From Verrucomicrobiota bacterium (lineage in GTDB: Bacteria; Verrucomicrobiota; Verrucomicrobiia; Chthoniobacterales; UBA6821), in assembly GCA_008932965.1 (NCBI GenBank), contig WBXG01000018.1:1-28620 (forward strand): 28,620 bases of DNA, written 5' to 3'. Shown piece by piece: positions 10,028-17,326 of the stretch. Made by a program: the position numbers and the translations under genes. The notes beneath the pieces are model-generated. The model did no database searches. It had not been told where the DNA came from and saw only the letters and a list, made by a program, of their open reading frames with translations. Positions within the stretch are counted from its first letter, which is position 1; the number at the start of each line of letters is the position of its first letter.

Positions 10028-10894
10028 ATGTCTTTTCCAAAAACCATTACCCTCCATCCCAACAGACCTCTGTTAGAAATATCAGACTTGAAAATTGGTT
10101 TTTCTAGTAAGGATGGAGTGGTTCCTGCGGTCAATGGGATCTCCTTTTCTCTAAACAAGGGAAATACATTAGCTATCGTTGGTGAGAGTGGAAGTGGGAA
10201 AAGCGTCACGGCGCTTTCTATTACAAAACTCCTCCCTTCCCCACCTGTTGTTTATCAAGGGGGCCGTATTCTTTTTGAAGGTGTTGATCTACTTTCACTC
10301 TCGCATGATGAATTAAGAAAATATCGTTGGGGTCGTATCGCCTATGTATTTCAGGAAGTCTCTCGATCCCTGAATCCTGTCTACTCGATTCGAAGCCAGA
10401 TGGCGGAAACATTAAAACTCCATCGTCCTGATATTGATGATCGTGATGCAGAAATTCTAAATTGGTTAGAGATTGTTGGTATCACTGCCCCCCAAGAGCG
10501 TCTTCATTCTTATCCACATCAACTCAGTGGAGGAATGCAACAACGGATCATGATTGCCATGGCTCTTTGTGCTCAACCAGATCTTCTCATTGCTGATGAA
10601 CCGACCACAGCCCTTGATGTAACGATTCAAGCTCAGATTATAAAAAAATTATGCGAACTCCAGCAGCAGCTTGGAATGGCTTTGATTTTTATCACCCATA
10701 ATTTGGCAATCGTTCGAGGACTGGCACATCACGTTGCTGTCATGTACCAAGGTTGTATTGTCGAATATGGAGAAACAGAACAGATTTTAAATCACCCTCA
10801 GCATCCCTACACAAAGGCTCTTATTGCATGTATCCCTCGGCTTGACAGTCATCTAAAACGTCTTCCCACCATTAGTGATTATTTAGGAAAATAA
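10028..10894 (+). CDS. ABC transporter ATP-binding protein (OppD/DppD-like)
   Basis: Walker A GESGSGKS, signature LSGGMQQR, Walker B LLIADEPTTALD and the C-terminal oligopeptide-type HPQHPYTKAL motif are all present. Confidence 0.9.
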   Translation: MSFPKTITLHPNRPLLEISDLKIGFSSKDGVVPAVNGISFSLNKGNTLAIVGESGSGKSVTALSITKLLPSPPVVYQGGRILFEGVDLLSLSHDELRKYRWGRIAYVFQEVSRSLNPVYSIRSQMAETLKLHRPDIDDRDAEILNWLEIVGITAPQERLHSYPHQLSGGMQQRIMIAMALCAQPDLLIADEPTTALDVTIQAQIIKKLCELQQQLGMALIFITHNLAIVRGLAHHVAVMYQGCIVEYGETEQILNHPQHPYTKALIACIPRLDSHLKRLPTISDYLGK

Positions 10895-10927
10895 GATTCC
10901 TGTGATCCAAGGCAAGGATCCAACTGC

Positions 10928-11029
10928 AAATATCCGGGGGTAGGCTCTAGCCCAATGAGAATTCGAGACCAACGCAGTAACAAAGAGCTTTTCAGAAGCT
11001 GTAATAAATTTAGTATGAAATGTCCGGGT
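10928..11029 (+). repeat. degenerate right-arm fragment(s) (B) of the MITE-like element
   Basis: Bases 10970-11029 align by hand with the right arm of copy C at roughly 55-60% ungapped identity. The terminus is near-perfect (AGTATGAAATgTCCGGGT) and is followed by TA. A second right-end-like motif, AAATATCCGGGGG plus TA, lies at 10928-10942. Confidence 0.5.
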
Positions 11030-11081
11030 TAAAAACCTTTGAGAGATTTGGTGCTTATAAAAAATATGAAATTCCCTTCTC

Positions 11082-12257
11082 ATGAAATTTAAAAAAAACT
11101 TCTTTCTGCTGCTCTATGGAGCTTGGAGCATTTTTCTTATTCAAGGATCTGGTTTTTCGAAGCCCCCTTCTCACGACGAATTTCGGGGTGCATGGGTTCC
11201 TACTGTTGTGAATTTAAGTTTCCCCTCTCGTATGGGACTCTCGGCTCAACAGCAGAAAAAAGAGATCATAACTCTGCTTGAGACTGCTCGTGCTGCACGA
11301 CTCAATACTCTTTTTTTTCAGGTGCGCCCCGAAGCAGATACTTTTTATAACTCACCTAGTGAGCCATGGAGCCGCTACCTAACTGGAACTCAAGGTACCT
11401 CCCCAGGATTTGATCCACTACAGTTTTTTATTGAGGAAGGGCATCGACGTGGCATTGCTATCCATGCTTGGTTCAATCCCTACCGAGCCTCTATGAACAT
11501 CTCTCATCCGTGTGCTTTCAATCATGTGAGTCACAAGGCCCCTCAAATGGTGTGTAAAGTTGGTAAGATGCTCTGGCTTGATCCTGGTAACATTCAAGCC
11601 CAACACTACATTATTTCTGTAATCCATGAGCTCATCACACACTACCAAGTCGATGGAGTTCACTTGGATGATTATTTTTATCCCTACCCTGAATTGCTAG
11701 AGGGGAAAAAATTTCCAGATACAGCCTCCTACAATGCCTATCGTGCCTCAGGTGGAACCGATACTCTGGATGACTGGAGACGCGCCTCAGTGAATTCTCT
11801 TGTTAAAAATATAAGCATCATGGTGCATCAAACAAGACCAGGACTTCTTTTTGGAATCAGTCCTTTTGGAATTTATACTAAAGGAGCACCTAATAATGTT
11901 ACTGCAGGCCTCGATCAGTTTCATCAACTCTATGCCGATCCTCTTTTATGGATGCGTGAAGGATGGGTCGATTACATGGCTCCCCAACTCTATTGGCGTG
12001 ATGCAGGTCCACAAAGCTTTCGATTGCTTCTTCGTTGGTGGCGCTCACCCCAAGTCAATCCCCGTAACATTCCTATCTATCCTGGTATTGCTCTAGAAAA
12101 TCTCACAGAACACCATTGGCCTGTTCAAGAAATTGCTCAGCAGCTCAAAATAGAAAAAGCTGTTCCGACCAATCATCACGGATTCATCCTATGGAATATC
12201 AAACAGCTCAAGGATAATACAAAGGGAGTCCTCTCTTTATTTCGTAAGTCTTATTAA
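11082..12257 (+). CDS. glycoside hydrolase-like family 10 (GHL10 / YngK-like, DUF187) protein with signal peptide
   Basis: N-terminal signal-like segment MKFKKNFFLLLYGAWSIFLIQG. A GHL10-like core is present (FRGAWVPTVVNL...LNTLFFQVRPEADTFYNS...EPWSRYLTG...GIAIHAWFNPYR...VDGVHLDDYFYP). Confidence 0.75.
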   Translation: MKFKKNFFLLLYGAWSIFLIQGSGFSKPPSHDEFRGAWVPTVVNLSFPSRMGLSAQQQKKEIITLLETARAARLNTLFFQVRPEADTFYNSPSEPWSRYLTGTQGTSPGFDPLQFFIEEGHRRGIAIHAWFNPYRASMNISHPCAFNHVSHKAPQMVCKVGKMLWLDPGNIQAQHYIISVIHELITHYQVDGVHLDDYFYPYPELLEGKKFPDTASYNAYRASGGTDTLDDWRRASVNSLVKNISIMVHQTRPGLLFGISPFGIYTKGAPNNVTAGLDQFHQLYADPLLWMREGWVDYMAPQLYWRDAGPQSFRLLLRWWRSPQVNPRNIPIYPGIALENLTEHHWPVQEIAQQLKIEKAVPTNHHGFILWNIKQLKDNTKGVLSLFRKSY

Positions 12258-12435
12258 CCCGGATGTTTCATACTGAATCGTGACGAGGAGGCCGCGAAGG
12301 CTGATGGGGTAAGGCAGGCGAGCATTTTGATGCAGGGCTGTATGTGTATATACTGCCCAAATCAAAATGTGAGTCTAACGCAGCATCCATCTGACTTCCC
12401 GGCTTCCGTAGTAGATCAGTATGAAATATCCGGGC
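12257..12435 (+). repeat. intact short-form MITE-like palindromic element (copy C), ~179 bp
   Basis: Termini ACCCGGATGTTTCATACTGA ... TCAGTATGAAATATCCGGGC are each flanked by TA. The whole element folds on paper into one long imperfect hairpin, with inner stem CATTTTGAT/ATCAAAATG and a loop near 12339-12354. It is visibly more GC-rich than its flanks and encodes no transposase. It fills the whole gap between two convergent stop codons. Confidence 0.85.
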
Positions 12436-13043
12436 TACTCCTCATGTTCCTCTTGAAGCTCCTGAGCTTCATCTGCTGCTTCTACTTCTTCGAAGCTCTG
12501 CTCCGGTTTTGCAAAGCGACGTTTACGTTTACTTGCTGGAAGAGGGCTTAAAATCATTCCAATTGCACGTCCTAATAGCTTAGGAGGTAAATCGACAAGG
12601 GCCATTCCTTCGAGGTCTATTTTAATCTTTTCCATCATGGCAAGCCCAAGATCTTTGTGAGCCATTTCACGACCACGAAACTGTAAATTAACTTTTACTT
12701 TATTTCCTTTATCCAAAAATTCCTCCGCATGCCGCATTTTAGTCTCACAGTCATGGACTCCGATTTTTACACGAAACTTGACTTCCTTGACTTTAGCATG
12801 GTGCTGTTTTTTTTCTTTCTCCTGTTTGGTTAATTCGTATTTGTATTTACCAAAGTCCGCAATACGACATACGGGCGGAACTGCATTAGGAGCAATTTCG
12901 ATCAAATCGAGTCCATAGGACTTGGCACGTCGCAGTGCCTCTTCTGTCTTGAGAATACCGAGCTGCTGACCGGTAGAACCAATGATAACGCGTATTTCTC
13001 GTGAGCGAATACGTTCGTTAATGCGGATGAAATCAGGATTAAT
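12435..13043 (-). CDS. infC: translation initiation factor IF-3, probable non-canonical ATT start
   Basis: The tracked ORF (12435..12905, TTG start) holds only the linker and C-domain. The same frame stays open to 13058 and encodes the IF-3 N-domain (NPDFIRINERIRSREIRVIIGSTGQQLGILKTEEALRRAKSYGLDL). There is no ATG, GTG or TTG upstream of 12905. An in-frame ATT lies at 13043. Located downstream of thrS, as in the classical operon. Confidence 0.88.
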   Translation of the reverse strand: MNPDFIRINERIRSREIRVIIGSTGQQLGILKTEEALRRAKSYGLDLIEIAPNAVPPVCRIADFGKYKYELTKQEKEKKQHHAKVKEVKFRVKIGVHDCETKMRHAEEFLDKGNKVKVNLQFRGREMAHKDLGLAMMEKIKIDLEGMALVDLPPKLLGRAIGMILSPLPASKRKRRFAKPEQSFEEVEAADEAQELQEEHEE

Positions 13044-13156
13044 AGGCTTGAAGTGCCGTTACGGCATGGTTGGAAGTGAACAGGGTGTTAAAAAGATGAT
13101 ATTACAGGGAAAACAAGGACAATGACACGAAAATAAAATAACAACGTATTTTTTTA

Positions 13157-14944
13157 TTAAGAGAGGCGTTGCTCTATCTCTTTTTTGAGACGCTCATAAA
13201 AACTCTCTTTAGTAAATGTCCCTTCATCTCCATGGCTGCGGCTTCGAAGTGAGAGTTGACCAGACGCTTCTTCACGCCCACCCACGATCACCATATAGGG
13301 GACTTTTTCGAGCTGGGCGAGGCGAATTTTAGCTCCTACTTTTTCTGAAGAAAGATCAGCTGTGGCACGAACTCCCATGCTTCTAAGTTGACTCACAATA
13401 GTCTCTGCATAATTTTCAACCTTATTGGAAATGGGCATAACACGGACTTGTTCAGGGGCAAGCCAAACAGGAAAATTCCCTGCATAATGCTCAATGAGAA
13501 AGCCGATGAAACGTTCATGGGTTCCCAAAGGAGCTCGATGAATACAAAGGGGTGTCTCTTTTTTATTTTCTGAGTTTGTATAAACCAATCCAAAGCGGGC
13601 AGGGACTGCAAAATCGACTTGATTTGTTGCCAATGTAAATTCTCTCCCGATAGCACTCCAGACTTGAACGTCGATCTTAGGGCCATAAAAAGCAGCTTCA
13701 TTAGGAATCTCAACAAAATGAATTCCGCTACTCACTAAGACATCACGGACTCTCTTTTCGGTTTTTTTCCAAAGTTCCGGATCATCTACAAATTTCTGAC
13801 CTAATTTTGCTGGGTCATGTGTTGAGAAGCGCATCTGATAACGAGTGATCCCAAAAATATCAAAATATTTTAAGTACATCTCATTAACTGCCTGGAATTC
13901 CTGAGCAAACTGCTCTTCAGTACAATAAATATGAGCATCATTCATCTGCATGGCTCGAACTCGCATTAGACCGAGCAATTCGCCTGACTGTTCATAGCGA
14001 TAGCAGGTTCCATATTCTGCAAACCGAACAGGAAGGTCACGGTAGCTACGAGGAAGTGCCCCAAAAAGTTTATGATGATGGGGGCAATTCATCGCTTTGA
14101 GATAATAAATATTTTTTTCACCCCCGTGCTCTTCTTCTAGTTCCATGGGAGGGAACATACTCTCTGCATAGTAAGGCAAGTGGCCACTCGTTTTATAAAG
14201 TTGCTCACGGGCAATGTGCGGAGTCTTTACTCGCTCGTAGCCTGCCTGAAATTCAGTCTCCTTGGCTAGTTTTTCAAGTTCCTCAATAAGAACCGTTCCT
14301 TTTGGCAGCCAGAGAGGTAATCCAGGACCAACATCTTCATCAAAGGTAAAAAGCTCCAGCTCTTTGCCAAGCTTGCGATGGTCTCTTTTTTTGGCTTCTT
14401 CGAGTATTTTAAAATGCTCCTCGAGCTCTTCTTGAGTTGCAAAGGCAATTCCATAAATACGTTGAAGCTGAGGATTCTTTTCATCCCCTTTGTAATAGGC
14501 ACTTGCAACATGAGTCAGACGAAATGCTCCAATATTAGAAGTAGTGGCAACATGGGGACCGGCACATAAGTCGGTAAATGAACCATTGCGATAGAGGGTG
14601 ATCTCTTCATGAGCTGGAATACGTTCAATAATATCCAATTTAAAATGGCTTGGTTGGGAGCGCCTTCCTAAGCCGGCCAGCTCACCGGAGAGGCCCATTT
14701 CAAGCGCCTTCTCACGAGTGACAACCTCACGTTCAAAAGGTTGAGCTGCTTGAATAATAGCATGCATCTCTTTTTCTAGACGCTCAAAATCTTCTGGTGT
14801 GATGCGATGGGACAAATCGACATCGTAATAAAAACCGTTGCTCGTCGGAGGACCAGCAGCAAATTGAGCCTCTGGCCAAATCACTAAAATAGCATTAGCA
14901 AGGACATGGGCACAGGAATGTCGAAGGGTTTCAAGTTCAGTCAT
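13157..14944 (-). CDS. thrS: threonine--tRNA ligase (no N-terminal TGS domain)
   Basis: 595-aa ORF that begins at the editing-domain motif (LRHSCAHVLANA). Class II core and anticodon-binding regions are recognisable (YLKAMNCPHH, FAEYGTCYRYEQSGEL, HRAPLGTHERFIGFLIEHY). Confidence 0.93.
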   Translation of the reverse strand: MTELETLRHSCAHVLANAILVIWPEAQFAAGPPTSNGFYYDVDLSHRITPEDFERLEKEMHAIIQAAQPFEREVVTREKALEMGLSGELAGLGRRSQPSHFKLDIIERIPAHEEITLYRNGSFTDLCAGPHVATTSNIGAFRLTHVASAYYKGDEKNPQLQRIYGIAFATQEELEEHFKILEEAKKRDHRKLGKELELFTFDEDVGPGLPLWLPKGTVLIEELEKLAKETEFQAGYERVKTPHIAREQLYKTSGHLPYYAESMFPPMELEEEHGGEKNIYYLKAMNCPHHHKLFGALPRSYRDLPVRFAEYGTCYRYEQSGELLGLMRVRAMQMNDAHIYCTEEQFAQEFQAVNEMYLKYFDIFGITRYQMRFSTHDPAKLGQKFVDDPELWKKTEKRVRDVLVSSGIHFVEIPNEAAFYGPKIDVQVWSAIGREFTLATNQVDFAVPARFGLVYTNSENKKETPLCIHRAPLGTHERFIGFLIEHYAGNFPVWLAPEQVRVMPISNKVENYAETIVSQLRSMGVRATADLSSEKVGAKIRLAQLEKVPYMVIVGGREEASGQLSLRSRSHGDEGTFTKESFYERLKKEIEQRLS

Positions 14945-15056
14945 AGAAAACGGACGATGCTATCGTTTTTAGAATTGAGAAACAACGAAAAGAAAATGCT
15001 CTTTTTCTTATCCGACATCGTAAATTCGAATCTCGGTTATCCATCGAAATTGGAGA

Positions 15057-16217
15057 TTAATATTTTTGAACTGTAGGATCAATACGGTCTGCCCAGGCTA
15101 AAATACCCCCATCTACATTAAAGACTTTAGTAAAGCCAGCGTGTTGCAACAATTTCACTGCTTCGGCACTTCGTCCTCCAGAACGGCAGAGAAGAAAGAT
15201 TTCTGTTTCTTTATTCCATACCTCGCTCTGTACAGGCAATGTGCCTAGAGGAATTAATTGAGCACCAGGAATGTGACAGATTTGATATTCGAATGGCTCG
15301 CGCACATCTATTAATAGAGGTTTTCTAGCTCCTTGGAGTTTTTGTTGGAGCTCTTCGACTGTGACAGAAGGAATAGTTGGTGAAGTAGGATTCATGGAAG
15401 TAGAAAAGCACGAAGTGGAATTCATATCAATCAACTCTCGAAGTGAAGGAGTCTCTCCACAAAGGGGGCAGTGAGGATCGTGACGCAGTTGAAATTCCCT
15501 AAACTGCATCGATAAGGCATTGACTTGAAGAAGCCTTCCTTTCAAAGAATCGCCGATATTCAAAATCCATTTGAGAGCCTCTGTGGCTTGAAGTGTTCCA
15601 ATAATACCTGGAAGCACTCCGAGAACACCAGCCTCGGAGCAGCTTGGAACGCTATTTGCTGGAGGAGGCTCCGGAAAAAGGCAGCGATAACAGGGGCCCC
15701 CTTGAGGTGTATCAAAAAGGGTGCAATGTCCTTCAAAACGAAATATCGAGCCATAGACCAATGGTTTTTTAAGGAAATAACTCAGGTCATTGACAAGGTA
15801 GCGGGTAGAAAAATTATCGGACCCATCTACAATCAGATCGTAGGAAGAGGCAATAGCGATGGCATTTTTTGCAGTGAGCCTGACCTTATGGAGATCGAGC
15901 TCCACATGTGGATTTAAATCCTGCAATTTTTTTTGAGCACTCTCTATTTTTGAATGATGACAATCAGCGGTGCCATGGAGAATTTGACGATGGAGATTGG
16001 AGAGATCAACGAGGTCATCGTCCACAAGCCCAAGACAGCCCACCCCCGCTGCAGCTAGGTAAAATGCGATCGGCGAGCCAAGGCCACCCAGACCAATACA
16101 GAGCACACGTGCCTGTTTCAACTTTTTTTGACCCTCAAGTCCGACCTCTGGTAAAAGAAGATGGCGGCTATAGCGGGTGAATTCTTCAGGATTAAAGGGG
16201 ATCATTTTGCAAAACAT
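15057..16217 (-). CDS. moeB: MoeB/ThiF-type adenylyltransferase fused to a C-terminal rhodanese domain (MoeZ-like sulfur-carrier activating enzyme)
   Basis: RYSRHLLLPEVG start, nucleotide-binding motif GLGGLGSP and two CxxC pairs (CYRC, CPLC) are present. The rhodanese active-site loop is CRSGGRS. An alternative ATG at 16205 forms an ATGA overlap with the mutY stop. Confidence 0.85.
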   Translation of the reverse strand: MFCKMIPFNPEEFTRYSRHLLLPEVGLEGQKKLKQARVLCIGLGGLGSPIAFYLAAAGVGCLGLVDDDLVDLSNLHRQILHGTADCHHSKIESAQKKLQDLNPHVELDLHKVRLTAKNAIAIASSYDLIVDGSDNFSTRYLVNDLSYFLKKPLVYGSIFRFEGHCTLFDTPQGGPCYRCLFPEPPPANSVPSCSEAGVLGVLPGIIGTLQATEALKWILNIGDSLKGRLLQVNALSMQFREFQLRHDPHCPLCGETPSLRELIDMNSTSCFSTSMNPTSPTIPSVTVEELQQKLQGARKPLLIDVREPFEYQICHIPGAQLIPLGTLPVQSEVWNKETEIFLLCRSGGRSAEAVKLLQHAGFTKVFNVDGGILAWADRIDPTVQKY

Positions 16218-17182
16218 GTTTCGAGTGCTTTCCGATGAGGAGAAGGAATAGCAATGTTCTTCAACTCCAGAATACTAAAAGGATGTAGTGACTTTGGAAT
16301 GGAACCTGATGGCCTGTAGAGCTCCATGGTCACACGATAGCGGGTGATCGGATAGGTAATGGAAGAAAAAATCTCTCGTGGCTTTTGTACGGAGGAGCAG
16401 TGAGGTAAAATCCAAAGCCCCTTCCAAAGAGGCCCTTGGGATTTTTCTAAATAAATTTTATTCCTACGATAATAAAAAGCTCGTTGCTCTTTTTTTTTCG
16501 TAATTGCTACTCGCGGTTGTTTAAGCGGCAAGCAAGAAGGCTCTTCTGCTTCACACTCGCTAGAGAGAGGACATGCGTCACAAAGTGGCTCTCCAGATTT
16601 GCAGACCATGGAACCGAGATCCATGAGAGCTGAAGCAAAGACCCGTCCGTTTTTTGGAGGTAAGATATTTCGGGCACTCTCTTTAATCAAAAGATGCCCT
16701 CTTTTGGTGTCGATGGGCTCGGTAATATTATTCAGCCGTGCAATGACTCGAATAATATTGGTATCGAGGACCTCCACAGGTTGATCAAATGCAAATGCTA
16801 AGAGTGCCTTCGCAGTGTATGGTCCAATACCAGGGAGGGCTAAGAGTTGATCTAAATCACGAGGAATTTTTCCTTGAAAATTGCTGACAACTGTTTTTGC
16901 AACAAGATGCAGGCGTCGAGCTCGTGAATAATACCCAAGGCCTTGCCATGCCCCTAAAACTGCCTCCTCAGAGGCTTGGGCTAACATTTCTAGAGTGGGA
17001 AAAAGCTCCATCCATATTAAAAAGCGCGGAGTGATCGTAGCCACTGTTGTCTGTTGTAACATGAACTCCGAGACTAAAACTTCATAGGGTGAAAATGTAG
17101 TACGCCAGGGCAAATCATGACGCCCATGGTTGCGAAACCAGGCATTCAATTTTTTTTGAATTATATAATTACGATCTACCAT
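16202..17182 (-). CDS. mutY: A/G-specific adenine DNA glycosylase
   Basis: HhH-GPD core (HGRHDLPWR...YEVLVSEFMLQQTTVATI...GLGYYSRARRLH...LPGIGPYTA), 4Fe-4S Cys cluster (CKSGEPLCDACPLSSEC) and a C-terminal NUDIX-like domain are present. The ORF is open up to the GTG at 17314, with another ATG at 17290. I chose the ATG at 17182 because it lies about 21 aa before the GR..LPW motif, as in E. coli MutY. Confidence 0.85.
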   Translation of the reverse strand: MVDRNYIIQKKLNAWFRNHGRHDLPWRTTFSPYEVLVSEFMLQQTTVATITPRFLIWMELFPTLEMLAQASEEAVLGAWQGLGYYSRARRLHLVAKTVVSNFQGKIPRDLDQLLALPGIGPYTAKALLAFAFDQPVEVLDTNIIRVIARLNNITEPIDTKRGHLLIKESARNILPPKNGRVFASALMDLGSMVCKSGEPLCDACPLSSECEAEEPSCLPLKQPRVAITKKKEQRAFYYRRNKIYLEKSQGPLWKGLWILPHCSSVQKPREIFSSITYPITRYRVTMELYRPSGSIPKSLHPFSILELKNIAIPSPHRKALETCFAK

Positions 17183-17326
17183 TAAAAATCTTGAAGAATA
17201 AAGAGCAACAGAGGGAGAGTCCGAATTTTCAAAATGTGTTGTTGTTGAAAATATTTCAAGAGGATATCTCTCAATGTTTTTAAATACCATCTTCCTAAAA
17301 TAACTGAACTCCACTAGAGCATCATC

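Noticed and set aside
12327-12551. 74-aa plus-strand ORF starting inside element copy C and running antisense into infC
   Set aside because: It lies within the palindromic repeat and then antisense to the well-supported infC 3' end. The Cys/Phe-rich translation is typical of a spurious frame.
13050-13067. Small palindrome (TGCCGT-t-ACGGCA) just upstream of the proposed infC ATT start, as a possible regulatory hairpin
   Set aside because: The loop is too small for a stable hairpin at full stem length. It may matter for infC translation control, but I cannot support that from sequence alone.
15020-15045. T-loop-like string (AAATTCGAATCTCGG) in the moeB-thrS spacer, as a possible tRNA
   Set aside because: No acceptor stem, D-arm or anticodon arm can be built around it. 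It is an isolated similarity only.
15525-15917. 130-aa ORF antisense to moeB. Similar internal or antisense ORFs occur at 13393..13716, 22965..23282, 24492..24854 and 6288..6581
   Set aside because: All are nested within strongly supported genes with clear family motifs. Their translations are low-complexity or hydrophobic junk with no independent start context.
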